50,781 bases of DNA from Bacillota bacterium (GCA_041686915.1 JAWLDB010000004.1:1-50781), one strand, 5' to 3'. Shown: positions 18,456-28,736, counted from the stretch's first letter. The notes: a model not told the origin generated them from the letters alone. Made by a program: numbers and translations.

Positions 18456-19970
18456 CTACTTCAGCGGAATGGTGATCGGCTCACAAGGAATGGCTACCTG
18501 CTTTATCCTGAGGCCAGCTATTCTTGTTCCCTCGGGTACGTTTACGTGTTCAACATACTTGTTGGAGTCGCCACCTCTTTGACTAAATGCATGATTGGTC
18601 AAGTCACGAAGCGTAAGAACTCGCCCGTCAGCTGTAAGCAGCTCCCAATCAACCAACAACCCGCGGCGATAGGCCTCATAACCATGACTTGTGATAACGA
18701 GGCTGAAGTTTGTCTCTGGTCTGGAACTCTTCCCAGAGTGGTTGTTGTTCTCAACCAGCCCCGAGTATGCTGCTTCAGCATCCAGAGTCCAGGACGGCAC
18801 CTTCACTTCCACCCAGTGCTGATCATTGCCTATACGGATGGCCTCCTGACTGCCGCTCTGAATTACATGGTCTTGCACCGGTTGCCAATATGTTGCCTGT
18901 ATATGCAGCGCCCTTGGTTCTCCTTCAGCTCGCGGAAAGACTAATGGCTTTCGCCAAGACCCATCCTCATTGCCAAAGCCGAAGGAATACGTGTCATCCA
19001 GGACTTGGCCTGTGCTCATCTCCAGTTGTGGTGCTTGCATGACTTTTAGATTGCGGTAAGTGAGCTCAAGCATGTACTGGGAAGGGGTAGCTATCAACCG
19101 GTCGATCGAGTAGCTGTAGCGTTCATTCTCGTAGGCGATCATCAGCGGCTGTTCGGTTGACGCCTTGGCAATCGGCTCTGGCGTGATGAACAGCTGATGA
19201 CTGAAGAGTGTTTCACGATTCATTCGCATTTCTACAGCCACTTCGGACCCGCCTGATGGCAGGGGAGAGGCATAGACAACATGCAGTTCGCCAAGAGGTG
19301 TTATGAGTGGTGCATGGCCCCAGCAGGCACTCCCTGGCACCCCAAGCAAGACGTGGTACAGTGACTCTCCGTTGTTCTTTCTTAGATTTGGCCCATTAAC
19401 CAAAGTAATCACTGCCGTCTGAACTGGGTCGGCCACGTACCCCAGTATGGTCATTTCATACTCACCCTGCCGCAGCTTGATCGGATCCTGCAGCACGTAT
19501 CCGTTATCATACGCCCACTTTAACCCAGCGTCTTGGACGACCGCGCGCTGTATCCACTCTCCGATCACCGGCACGTCTGCAAAGCTCACCATCACCTGCG
19601 GCATCACACCTGGAAGCAGCAGCAGGCAAATCAGGGCGCAGGCCGTAACGGCTGCCATTCTAAGTTTGGGGAGGGCGGGCCTGCTGGAAGTTTGCTTCAC
19701 CCGGGTCTGCCTGAATATGGCCTCACTTTCGGTAACATCTTCCAACATCCCTACCAGTGCACTAAATGTACCTGCATCAGCTGGAACATCAGACACTACG
19801 GCCAAGTTATGCAATTCTGTGTCAAACGATGCGAGCTGCTCATATGCCTTCTGACACTGCTGACAGCCGGCCAGGTGACGACGGATCAACCTCATAGCAA
19901 AGGCTGATAGCTCTTCATAATGATAGGCTAGCAGATTGCTGCTTACAAAACGGCAAAACACCGTATTCAC
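18456..19970 (-). CDS. Anti-sigma factor (zf-HC2 zinc finger, TM, DUF4179-like extracytoplasmic domain)
   Basis: RHLAGCQQC (HxxxCxxC), a TM helix and ADVPVIGEW..DAGLKWA. Directly downstream of an ECF sigma; the true start may be GTG 19961. Confidence 0.85.
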   Translation of the reverse strand: MNTVFCRFVSSNLLAYHYEELSAFAMRLIRRHLAGCQQCQKAYEQLASFDTELHNLAVVSDVPADAGTFSALVGMLEDVTESEAIFRQTRVKQTSSRPALPKLRMAAVTACALICLLLLPGVMPQVMVSFADVPVIGEWIQRAVVQDAGLKWAYDNGYVLQDPIKLRQGEYEMTILGYVADPVQTAVITLVNGPNLRKNNGESLYHVLLGVPGSACWGHAPLITPLGELHVVYASPLPSGGSEVAVEMRMNRETLFSHQLFITPEPIAKASTEQPLMIAYENERYSYSIDRLIATPSQYMLELTYRNLKVMQAPQLEMSTGQVLDDTYSFGFGNEDGSWRKPLVFPRAEGEPRALHIQATYWQPVQDHVIQSGSQEAIRIGNDQHWVEVKVPSWTLDAEAAYSGLVENNNHSGKSSRPETNFSLVITSHGYEAYRRGLLVDWELLTADGRVLTLRDLTNHAFSQRGGDSNKYVEHVNVPEGTRIAGLRIKQVAIPCEPITIPLK

Positions 19971-20433
19971 CTCCTGAAAGCTGAGAACGTAGTAACGAAA
20001 TCGCCCGGTTAAGCCTCGATTTGACAGTTCCGAGCGGTATGCCTAGCACTTCAGCCGTTTCTGCCTGGCTCATGTCTGCCAAATAGCGCAAAGAGACCAC
20101 TTGCGCTAACTCTACTGGTAGATGATCGACCAGACTGAGAAAGGATAACTCTGAGTGATCGTCCATCACCGCGAACTTGTTCTGCAGGTCCACCGGGTCT
20201 ACGGGCTGCAGACGCTTCTGCCTCGCCCGCATACACTCATGAACGAGAATGCGCCGCAACCACGCCCGGAAAGCAGCAGACTTGCGCAGCTGGTTACGTG
20301 CTACGAAGGCACTCAGCACTGCTTCTTGGAGGGCGTCATCTGCGTCGGCCCAGTTGCCTGTGAGCGACCGGGATAATAAACGCAACGACCGCTCATGCTC
20401 CTTAAGCAGCGAGACGAACTGTTCTTTGGTCAC
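19915..20433 (-). CDS. ECF RNA polymerase sigma factor
   Basis: Region 2 DADDALQEA...FRAWLRRIL and region 4 ETAEVLGIPLGTVKSRLNRA. Confidence 0.95.
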   Translation of the reverse strand: MTKEQFVSLLKEHERSLRLLSRSLTGNWADADDALQEAVLSAFVARNQLRKSAAFRAWLRRILVHECMRARQKRLQPVDPVDLQNKFAVMDDHSELSFLSLVDHLPVELAQVVSLRYLADMSQAETAEVLGIPLGTVKSRLNRAISLLRSQLSGGEYGVLPFCKQQSASLSL

Positions 20434-20607
20434 AACATCACCTCATATCCAAAAAAGACTGTGCACAGTCTGAGGACCTCCGGTCTTAAGTCCTCTATTA
20501 TCTTAGAGAGGACAGAGTTACTGTTTCGTTCACTGGAAATGGAAAAAAGATCTACTTGCTTGTTTTGACGCTAAGGCGTCGTGTACCTGCCTGAGGCTCA
20601 GCTGCCG

Positions 20608-20656
20608 TTTACATGGAGTTAACCTGGATTTAATATTGCTTTACCAGCGATTAACT
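20608..20656 (+). promoter_or_regulatory. Array of five about 11-bp-periodic TTwAC-like repeats (PhoP/OmpR-type operator)
   Basis: TTTACA 20608, TTAACC 20619, TTAATA 20630, TTACCA 20641 and TTAACT 20651. Confidence 0.55.
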
Positions 20657-20764
20657 GGGCATCATGCTGAGATAACACAAGCCGTGTAGGATAAAGATGG
20701 TAGGTTGATGACCGGCATAAAGGCCGTACGACCAGCTAGAGACTACACGAGGAGGAATCTTAGA

Positions 20765-21433
20765 GTGAAGAAACTATTGGCAGGATTAATGGTGGTTGCT
20801 GTGGCCTTGGCAGGTTATATGTTCTTTGCCAACCGGGCCGATGCAGTAGAGGAAGTGCGCGACCTTGGCAGCCTTTCGCAAGGTATCCGGGCAGCTGTGG
20901 ACCAATTGAAGACCCAGCGGGGATACTACGTCTTTGAGCGGGGCGAGGGAGAAGCTGAGGCGCTAATCCTCTTGGGGGCCGGAAGCAGGAGTTTCACCGA
21001 TTACACAGTCAGCGTCAAGTCAGCGAGAATCAAGAATGGCATTCTGAACATTGTAATGGCAGAGAAGCAAGGCACAGCCAGCGACCAGGCAAGCTACCCG
21101 TTTGTGCTGATCAAGGCGGAAGGCGATTTCACTGATGTGCAGGTTACGACGGAAGACGGAACGTCTCTGGATGAAATGGCGTTTGGCCTTGGCAACGACC
21201 CAACCGCCACAATCAACGCCGAAGGCGAGTATGTTGGACAGATCGATAATAACTTCCATGAGATCATAGTAGACGGCACCCCCACCAGTTTCATGCTGGT
21301 CGAAGAACTGCACGACTACTTCAATCCGCAAAGTTCGCTGTTCAAGAACTTCCAGGAGCACGACCAGGTTACTTTCAGCTACTATATAACTGAGCACGGT
21401 ACCAAGGTGATTAGCAGCCTGGCCAAGAAGTAA
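20765..21433 (+). CDS. Secreted/membrane protein, PrcB C-terminal-like domain
   Basis: GTG after GGAGG, signal peptide VKKLLAGLMVVAVALAG, PrcB-like segment (GSR..TDYTVSV...QASYPFVLIK) and C-terminal GEYVGQIDNN.EI.VDG. Confidence 0.6.
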   Translation: MKKLLAGLMVVAVALAGYMFFANRADAVEEVRDLGSLSQGIRAAVDQLKTQRGYYVFERGEGEAEALILLGAGSRSFTDYTVSVKSARIKNGILNIVMAEKQGTASDQASYPFVLIKAEGDFTDVQVTTEDGTSLDEMAFGLGNDPTATINAEGEYVGQIDNNFHEIIVDGTPTSFMLVEELHDYFNPQSSLFKNFQEHDQVTFSYYITEHGTKVISSLAKK

Positions 21434-21441
21434 CACAGACA

Positions 21442-21477
21442 CAAACTCCCCCACCGTTCTTTCGGTGGGGGAGTTTG
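21442..21477. terminator. Bidirectional intrinsic terminator
   Basis: CAAACTCCCCCACCG / CGGTGGGGGAGTTTG between convergent genes. Confidence 0.85.
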
Positions 21478-21486
21478 GTTTATTGC

Positions 21487-22773
21487 TTATACAGCTTCCA
21501 TTTCGGCTTCATCCGCTTCTGCCTGCGCGGTGGCCTTACCGTAGACTACCAGTGTAGGAGAGAGCAGCCCCGCAACGAGCAGCATCACAGTGCGCAGAGA
21601 AGAGGTATTGCCGATGATCCCAAGACCCGGTCCCCCGGCCGTCTGTCCGATGGCATCCATCTGGCTGCGCAACGATAATACAGTGGCACGTACTTGGCTT
21701 TCTACATTGCGATTAACCCAAACGCTAAGCAAGGGGCGTTTAAGCCTAGTGACGATATCTATCCCCAGGAAGGCGGCAAAGGCGATACCAAACCCGGGCG
21801 CCAGTCCAAAGCAAATCATCAAGAGGAGATGCATGCTGCTGAGCAGCAGCAGATAACGACTAACCAAACTGTCAGTGCTGGTATCTAGGTTACGCCGGGT
21901 CCAACCGAGAGCTGCGATGCTAAGCAGCTTGGCCGAGATGTTCAGTAGACCGAACCAGAAGACCGGCTGCAGATTGCCGATAGAGGGCAAAGTGATGGTT
22001 CTAATGAAATGCGCTTCCCACAGACGGTCAAAGCCCTCCGAAGCAGCTCCGGCGAAGAAGGTTGCCACCATTAACAGCATCAGCACCTGCTTGCCACGCA
22101 CGGCGCGGATCCCGCTCCCCAGTGTACCGGCCATAGCGCCGCTCAGCTTACTTCCTACCGCCCGCGGCTCGGGCTTGAAGTTCTCTTCCTTCATCGCCCC
22201 AATCAAATAGAAGCCAAGCGCGACCTGCACCAGCGCTCCTACCAGGAAAGGCAGGTGCAAGGCAATACTGGAAAAGGCCACGCTGATGCCCATTCCAACC
22301 AAGCCAACAGTCTGGGACAGCTGACTGGCCTTAAGGAAAACGGGACTAGTATTGCGCTCGCCAATCTCATCCGTAACCCAGGCTTCCTGCGCGCCGCTAA
22401 TAAAGGTATGCCCCAAACCTCTCAGAGCTTCTCCTATCATCAGCAGGGTAAAGAGCGAGAAACCAACTGGCAGGAAACGTCCTGCAATCCAAGGTATCAG
22501 GCCAATCAACAGGCATGCCATAGCGTTAATAAAGATGCCTATAATGACAGACACTCTCCGGCTGTAGAGGTCGGCGATTACGCCTGTCGGTATCTCGCAA
22601 ATCAGAACTGTCGCCTGATAGGCCGTGCCGATCAAAACGAGCTGCAAGGGGTTCAGTCCAAAATAGGTGATGTGGTAGATAGCAGCAAGCGTGTACATGA
22701 TGTTGTCTGCCAAAGACAGCACCACATTACTGGTTATGAAGATCCGGGCAGCATCCTGCCTGGCTGTCATCAC
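21487..22773 (-). CDS. MFS efflux transporter, TetA(P)-like
   Basis: LNPLQLVLIGT...EIPTGVIADLYSRR, TFISGAQEAW, SEGFDRLW and RATVLS..SQMDAIGQ.AGGP, recalled as characteristic of the TetA(P) group. Confidence 0.75.
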   Translation of the reverse strand: MMTARQDAARIFITSNVVLSLADNIMYTLAAIYHITYFGLNPLQLVLIGTAYQATVLICEIPTGVIADLYSRRVSVIIGIFINAMACLLIGLIPWIAGRFLPVGFSLFTLLMIGEALRGLGHTFISGAQEAWVTDEIGERNTSPVFLKASQLSQTVGLVGMGISVAFSSIALHLPFLVGALVQVALGFYLIGAMKEENFKPEPRAVGSKLSGAMAGTLGSGIRAVRGKQVLMLLMVATFFAGAASEGFDRLWEAHFIRTITLPSIGNLQPVFWFGLLNISAKLLSIAALGWTRRNLDTSTDSLVSRYLLLLSSMHLLLMICFGLAPGFGIAFAAFLGIDIVTRLKRPLLSVWVNRNVESQVRATVLSLRSQMDAIGQTAGGPGLGIIGNTSSLRTVMLLVAGLLSPTLVVYGKATAQAEADEAEMEAV

Positions 22774-22934
22774 AGCACCCCCTAGAGCAAGTCATTCCCC
22801 AATATCTTACCTTGCGTCTCCAGTTCTGTCCATGTCAGGCAACAGCGATTGCAGTCTGTCAATGAGCATTCACATCAAAAAGCCGCAGGCTGCAACTAGC
22901 AGTGCTGCGGCTTTTTCTTCATAGAGTGCTGGTA

Positions 22935-23153
22935 CTAAAGCGAGCCTCCAATAATAGTGCGGACTAGACGGCTAATCGCAACGAACAACCTAGGCAGGGG
23001 CACCTGAAGGGCAATGAGTATACTCAACACCAGAGCGACTCCCCAGAGCGCCCCAAATACAGCCAAGTCACGCCAGTGTCGCTGCCTGAAAAGTGCTAGT
23101 CCCTGCAATAGTCCCAGGAGCGTAAAAGCTATCACTACCAACAACAGCATCAT
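22935..23153 (-). CDS. Small two-TM protein at the end of the ger operon
   Basis: 72-aa hydrophobic ORF whose start overlaps the stop of the GerB-like gene. Confidence 0.7.
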   Translation of the reverse strand: MMLLLVVIAFTLLGLLQGLALFRQRHWRDLAVFGALWGVALVLSILIALQVPLPRLFVAISRLVRTIIGGSL

Positions 23154-24270
23154 TCACTTGCACCTCTCTTGGGTAGCTTGCGTATGGCAGCGACCGCTAG
23201 CGTCAACAAGGGGATACCCACTTGGAAAAATGGTGCATATACAGGCCAGATCTCTTGGGCAAACTCGATGTTTTCCGGCAGATTGCTGAAGCCAGTAATG
23301 GCCAGGATAACCATCAGTATCATGAAGGGTAAGATTAAGTGTTTGTAGCTGTGCAGCTTAAAAGCCTGAGCAGTGCCTATGGTGCTGGCGTAAAGCAGAA
23401 CGGCCAGCTTAATGAACCCCATCGATAGAAAATTGATGGCCACCAGTACCTCCAGCCGGGTGATAATCTCTGCGATGCTAATCTGCCTGGCTGCCTGGAA
23501 CGAAGGATATGTGATGTTGCGCAGGGTTGGTCCCAGTACAACTATGTTGCGCAGCGATACCAGCAACAGCACTAGAGCAGCCAGGGCTAATCCCAGACTG
23601 ACACTCCGCCTGAGCTTTTGCTTCCGGTTGAGGTACGGAAAGACAAACAAAAAGACGACTGTCTCGGCAAAGGGGAAGGCTGCCACACCATGCCCAGCCC
23701 GGAGCAGTTCTGGTAGGGGTGTCGTTAACGCCGGCCTTAGATTATCCATATTGAACTCCGGAAACAGTAGCGACGTCGTCAATATAACGGTCAAGATAGC
23801 GGCAATTACCAAGAGCTCAGCCGTACGACCGATTACTTCTATTCCGTGCCAGGCTGCATGCGCTGCCACGCCGCCGAACAGCAGCAGTATCACTAGCATG
23901 GGTGTTTTAACATAATGGTGGTAGCGATGAAATCTGCAAAATTGCGCATGACCAACGCACCTAGCTGGAAGGAGAACCAGATGAGTGCGAGTGTAACCCC
24001 TTTGCCTAGCCACCGGCCATAGACCTTGTCGGCTATCTCCACTATGCTCATACCAGGAAACCGCCGAGCCAAGGTGGTGAACAGCAATGCTATTAATAAG
24101 CCCTCTAGAAAGCCTAGGACAACGGCTGCCCAGTTATCCTGGCCGACCTTGCCGACAGACAGGACGAGCGTCGAGCCAAATGTAAAACCCGTTATCATTA
24201 GTAACAATTGCCTAGAAGATATTCTGCCCTGTTCCTGCTGCACCTTTTCCACCTCCTTACCGACCGGCAT
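23150..24270 (-). pseudogene. Spore germination protein GerAB/GerKB-type permease, frameshifted near 23905
   Basis: ISSRQL..., GIEVIGR..E, AFPFAETVVF, YPS and ITRLE are split over two frames. One extra A in ATGTTAAAACACCC restores MLKTPM. Confidence 0.8.
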
Positions 24271-24273
24271 GCT

Positions 24274-25493
24274 TTATGGCTTGGGATGCGGCATCTCCGC
24301 GATTTGTCCAAACCGTCTTAGGCGCACTTCTACATCCATTTCCAAATCCAACTGTTCAAAGGCCTGGTCCCATTCCTGTTCCAGCGTGGACCATTCATTG
24401 GGGAAGCTCCTGCGAACAGACTCACCAAAGCCGAAAATATCTGCCTTTAGTCGCTTCGCTTCGTTAAGCGCCAGGGTAATCTCATACTTGATACGCTCAG
24501 CAGCCAGCTGCTCCAACGCGGTAAAGTGCTCTGGAGTGACCAGCTTGCCTTCGCCAAACTGCTCTGCCAAATTGCAGGCAGCTTTGACCTTCACCTTCAT
24601 CTTAACGTTCCCATCCCGCATCTCTGGCTGGGTGCTGGAACTGGCATTCAGTATCTCCAAGCTGATTTTGCCGCTTTGGCCCGGCCCGACAACTACCAGG
24701 ATACCAGTTTCAACCTCGTCGCTCAGCCAAAGGTATCCCCGGGTGCCGGTCAGGTCAAGCTTACCGGTTAGCTTATCACCTTTAAAGACTGCTGTACCAT
24801 CCAGACGCACGACCTCTTCCTTTGGGTTCTGGGGGTCGAGGGTGGCCGACTCGGGCTGGCCTCCCTTTTGCTCGCTTTCCGCGGTAGCCAACGTGACCCA
24901 GGTCGCTATTGGCGCGAAGGTTTTGGACATCATGCGACCGTGCAGATGGTCTACTTGCAGCCCTGCTATTTCTGAACTGGCGAACCTTGTCTGAATCAGC
25001 CGAGATAGAGCCAGACCGGGAACAGTGGCAAACCCTGACACACCTTCCAGTATATCGCTTGCCTTGCCTTCTGCCACCATTACCCAGACGGTGGGGCGCA
25101 GCTCGTCATCCCTCGTTAAAAAGTCGAGCAGGGGGGCAATACCTTGTCTTGCCGCTTCCTACCGAAAACTATCACCTGATTGTGCGGAAAGTATAGCTTG
25201 CGGCTGGACATGACCGTTAATTCGCGGATGGCCTTAAAGATGGTCTCTGCGCTAGTGCGGATAACCCACGACGGTTTGCCTTGTGCTATGCCACTAGTTT
25301 CCCCCGTGTTCGCCATCTGGCCAGGCCTAATCAGCTGAGCCGACACCAGATACTCTCCTGGTGTATCCGAAAGATCAATGCCGATGGCAGCCACTATAGC
25401 TAAAGCATCAATTTCTTTGCTGTCCCAGCATCCGGCAGTCGCCAGTAGGCAGACGAGCATTATTAATGCGGGTAGAAGCCGCGCGTTGTTCAT
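24274..25493 (-). pseudogene. Ger(x)C spore germination lipoprotein, frameshifted near 25160
   Basis: Lipobox TAGC-WDSKEI and SRKLYFPHNQVIVFG; the frame then shifts. Adding one base gives FG-x-EAARQGIAPLLDFLTRDDELRP, continuing to ADIFGFG. Confidence 0.8.
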
Positions 25494-27088
25494 GTACTCT
25501 CACCGCCCTCATCCTCATCAGGCGGACTTGGCTGCAGCCTGAATTCCATTCGTTTGGGGTCGTGCCAACCGATTAATCTGGGCCTGGTAACCATCGACCA
25601 GAGCGGGGCCCTAACCACCGTGTCCTTCAGGTCAGCAGGCGTCAGCGGAGCAAAAGGTGAGAGAAAGGGCACGCCAAACGACCGTAGTGACGCAAGGTGT
25701 GTCACAATGAATATGACCCCAAATAGCACTCCTACCAGTCCTAAAACAGCTGCAAGAAACAGGAAAAACACCCGTAGCAAGGCGCTTACATCCGCTAGTG
25801 GCAATACAACGAAAGAGGCCAGGGCGGTAATGGAGATTGCGATGACTATTGGGGCGCCAACCACCCCTGCCTGAATAGCTGCCTGTCCAATAACCAAGGT
25901 GCCAACGATACTGACTGCTTGGCCAAGAGCTCTTGGCATACGCACTCCTGCTTCCCGCAGAATTTCAAATACCAGACTCATGCTGAAGGCCTCCGGGAAG
26001 GACGGTAGAGGGGTGCCTTCAGCCGCAGCCGCTACCGTTATTAGTAGTGGTGTGGGTATCACCTCCTGATGGAAAGTGACTAACGCAACATAGACTGCCG
26101 GCGTTAGTACGCTAATTGCAAAAGCAATGTATCTAACCATCCGGATCATGCTGGCATACCAGGGCCTGGAGAAATAGTCTTCAGCATTTTGGAACGCCTC
26201 TACGAGCAACGTAGGTACTACCAGGGTAAACGGCGACCCATCAACGATAATTGCCACCCTGCCTTCTAGCAGCTTCGCGGCCACAACATCCGGCCTCTCC
26301 GTATTTGAGACAGTTGGGAAGGGTGAGAACGGATGGTCTTCTATAAACTGCTCAACATAGCCTGACTCTAAAATAGCGTCTATCTTTATACCCTTTAGCC
26401 GTCGCTTTACTTCCTCCACCAGCTTGGGATTGGTCAGACCTCTCAGATAGGCGATCGCCACCGTGGTCTGACTGTACGACCCGAGACGGAGACAATCGAG
26501 TGTCAGTTCAGCGGTACGCAACCTTCGCCGCAACAAGGAAACGTTGGTAACCAGCTCCTCGACGAACCCTTCGTGCGCCCCCCTGACGACAACCTCGGTC
26601 TGAGGGGGCTCAATGTTCCTCACTTTCGGGCCCGCCGTATCTGCCAGCAGTGCGCCGGCAAAGCCTTTGACGAGCAGTACAGTCTGCCCTGCAAGCAGTG
26701 CCTCCACTGCTTTGGTCAAGGAGTCAGTCAAGTTTAGATCACCTAACGTGATAAACTGTGTTGCCAGAGTCTCCAGCAGCACACGCGGAGATAAGCTCAA
26801 GATAGCCTTATCTTCTGTCTCGGACTGCAGTGGTCGGATCACATTATCCTGCAGGCTTGCCGAGTTAACCATGCTTTCTAGATATAGCACGGCCACGTGC
26901 TGGCCTTTGACGAGGCTAAGCAGCTTGGTTCGCAAATCCATACTATTGCCAATCGCTTCAGATAGCAGCTTAATGTTCTGATTTGGATCCTCTGTGAAAC
27001 TCCAAGCTTGGTCCGCTTGTTCAGATTTAGTGCTATCCTGCCGCAGCAAGTTGGCGAGTCTCAGTTTCTGCATCAGTTGTTTAATCAT
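25490..27088 (-). CDS. Spore germination protein GerA/GerKA subunit
   Basis: Motifs RGAHEGFVE, TERPDVVAAKLLEGRVAIIVDGSP, EILREAGVRMP and LRSFGVPFLSP. Confidence 0.95.
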   Translation of the reverse strand: MIKQLMQKLRLANLLRQDSTKSEQADQAWSFTEDPNQNIKLLSEAIGNSMDLRTKLLSLVKGQHVAVLYLESMVNSASLQDNVIRPLQSETEDKAILSLSPRVLLETLATQFITLGDLNLTDSLTKAVEALLAGQTVLLVKGFAGALLADTAGPKVRNIEPPQTEVVVRGAHEGFVEELVTNVSLLRRRLRTAELTLDCLRLGSYSQTTVAIAYLRGLTNPKLVEEVKRRLKGIKIDAILESGYVEQFIEDHPFSPFPTVSNTERPDVVAAKLLEGRVAIIVDGSPFTLVVPTLLVEAFQNAEDYFSRPWYASMIRMVRYIAFAISVLTPAVYVALVTFHQEVIPTPLLITVAAAAEGTPLPSFPEAFSMSLVFEILREAGVRMPRALGQAVSIVGTLVIGQAAIQAGVVGAPIVIAISITALASFVVLPLADVSALLRVFFLFLAAVLGLVGVLFGVIFIVTHLASLRSFGVPFLSPFAPLTPADLKDTVVRAPLWSMVTRPRLIGWHDPKRMEFRLQPSPPDEDEGGEST

Positions 27089-27118
27089 GTCTTCAGCTCC
27101 GCCCTAATTTCTCAATCC

Positions 27119-27148
27119 TATTATTGGCGCGCTGCGCATTACCTAACC
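27119..27148 (-). promoter_or_regulatory. Forespore SigF/SigG-type promoter of the ger operon
   Basis: Minus strand GGTTA-N15-GCCAATAATA, about 30 bp upstream of the gerA start. Confidence 0.45.
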
Positions 27149-27216
27149 ATGGGAGCAGGATTGCGCCATCTCGCGCCGAACCTTAGTCTTCAGGAAAGAC
27201 AGGAGGCATAGCTTGT

Positions 27217-28506
27217 ATGGCATCAATTAGAGAAAACCAGCTGGGGATGAAGCAGCGCCTGCAGCGAACGGCAGCAATGTTCCGTGGCCATAACAGCAGC
27301 ATCAGGGCCGTATTGGTCAGCGAAGTCTGCTTCGGGACCGCAATATCCTGGTTTAACACCTATCGGTCGCTATACATGGTGGCGCTTGGGGCAAGCGAAC
27401 TGCAGGTGGGGCTGACAAGTTCTCTGCTACTTTGTTCTCAAGCAGTAGGTGCCTTGCTTGGCGGATGGAGCGCTGACCGCTTCGGGCGAAAGCGCACTAT
27501 GCAGTTCTTTGATACCCTGGCTTGGCTGACATCTATCACCCTTTGGTTCCTGGCCAGTGGCTTTGGCTACTTCGTAGTCGCAGCTCTGTTTAACGGCCTG
27601 TTTTTTGGAGCCATTCCCAGCTGGAACTGCGTGATCGCAGGGAATACCACTCACAAACGGCGCCACGAAGTCTATGGTCTTGTACACCTCACCTTCCTAG
27701 GTTCAGGGTTGTTCGGGCCGATTGGCGGTTGGCTGGTAGCTCGCTATGGTATCGTCTCGGGCAGCAAAGTGATCTATGCTCTTGGGTTTATGCTTGTGCT
27801 GGCAGCCCTGGCTGTCAGGCAGCTCTTCGTGCACGAAGCCGCGCCTGAAACAGAGTCAGGAGAGGCAACAGCGGTGGCCGGTCCAGCCAGTTTCCGCGAC
27901 GCGTTCCGCATCATTCTGGGGGACAGGCGGGTAACGATTATTATCCTGTCTGTTGTGCTGACCAACTTCACCTGGATAATGTTCAGCACCTATTCGGCAC
28001 TATATATGACCAATGCTGCTGGTTTGGCGCTGCCCGCATCCCTGATTTCACTATTGCCCTTGCTGAACTCGCTTAGCATGATTTCAGTTCTACTGCTGGT
28101 GATTCCGCAGATCAGCAACGAGCACTATCCGAGCAGACTTGTGCTCGGATCTGGCATGATTGCAGTCGGTACGCTAGTCTTCCTGCTAACCCCACGGGGT
28201 TGGTTTTGGCCCCTGGGAGTCTACGCACTGCTTGCTGCGGGTGGTGGAGCGATTGTCGACCCTGTAAGGTCAAGTTATCAGGCTAATATCGTGCCTGCTC
28301 ACGCCTTTGCCAAAGTGCTTTCTGTCAGTTCCACGTTCATGCTGCTGAGCGGTATCCCAGCCGGTCCGATAGCGGGCGCCCTTTTCCGTATAAACGTGCG
28401 CCTGCCGTTTTATCTTGTTTTGGGGCTGCAGAGCTGCAACTTCCTACTTAACCTGGCCCTAAAAAGAGTAGGGAAGAGTAGTAATGACAGCGCAATAGGG
28501 GTATAG
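27217..28506 (+). CDS. MFS transporter
   Basis: GWSADRFGRKR motif A and about 12 hydrophobic segments. Confidence 0.9.
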   Translation: MASIRENQLGMKQRLQRTAAMFRGHNSSIRAVLVSEVCFGTAISWFNTYRSLYMVALGASELQVGLTSSLLLCSQAVGALLGGWSADRFGRKRTMQFFDTLAWLTSITLWFLASGFGYFVVAALFNGLFFGAIPSWNCVIAGNTTHKRRHEVYGLVHLTFLGSGLFGPIGGWLVARYGIVSGSKVIYALGFMLVLAALAVRQLFVHEAAPETESGEATAVAGPASFRDAFRIILGDRRVTIIILSVVLTNFTWIMFSTYSALYMTNAAGLALPASLISLLPLLNSLSMISVLLLVIPQISNEHYPSRLVLGSGMIAVGTLVFLLTPRGWFWPLGVYALLAAGGGAIVDPVRSSYQANIVPAHAFAKVLSVSSTFMLLSGIPAGPIAGALFRINVRLPFYLVLGLQSCNFLLNLALKRVGKSSNDSAIGV

Positions 28507-28573
28507 CTGTCCCAAAGACCGGTTTACAGGATAGAGCAATAGGAGTATCATAGAGAAGAACTAAATAGAGACT

Positions 28574-28668
28574 GACTCTAGGGGAGCTGGTAGCACCAGC
28601 TGAGAGGAAGGGATGACCCTTCCGACCCTCGGAACCTGATCTGGGTAATACCAGCGTAGGGAAGAGTG
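28574..28668 (+). ncRNA. TPP (thiamine pyrophosphate) riboswitch
   Basis: CTAGGGGAGC...GCTGAGAG...GACCC..GAACCTGATCTGGGTAATACCAGCGTAGGGAA upstream of thiE-thiC. Confidence 0.97.
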
Positions 28669-28680
28669 GCTGGATTTCTG

Positions 28681-28715
28681 AGCCGTGATTCACTAAGCTG
28701 AATCACGGCTTTTTA
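28681..28715 (+). terminator. Riboswitch-controlled attenuator terminator
   Basis: AGCCGTGATTCA / TGAATCACGGCT followed by TTTT, between the aptamer and the thiE RBS. Confidence 0.9.
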
Positions 28716-28736
28716 CTTTGCAGGAGGTTGATGTGC

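Noticed and set aside
24026-24994. 322-aa plus-strand ORF
   Set aside because: Antisense shadow of gerC/gerB, Ser-rich and without motifs. The other antisense ORFs in the track (e.g. 940-1506, 10004-10549, 40833-41528) were rejected for the same reason.
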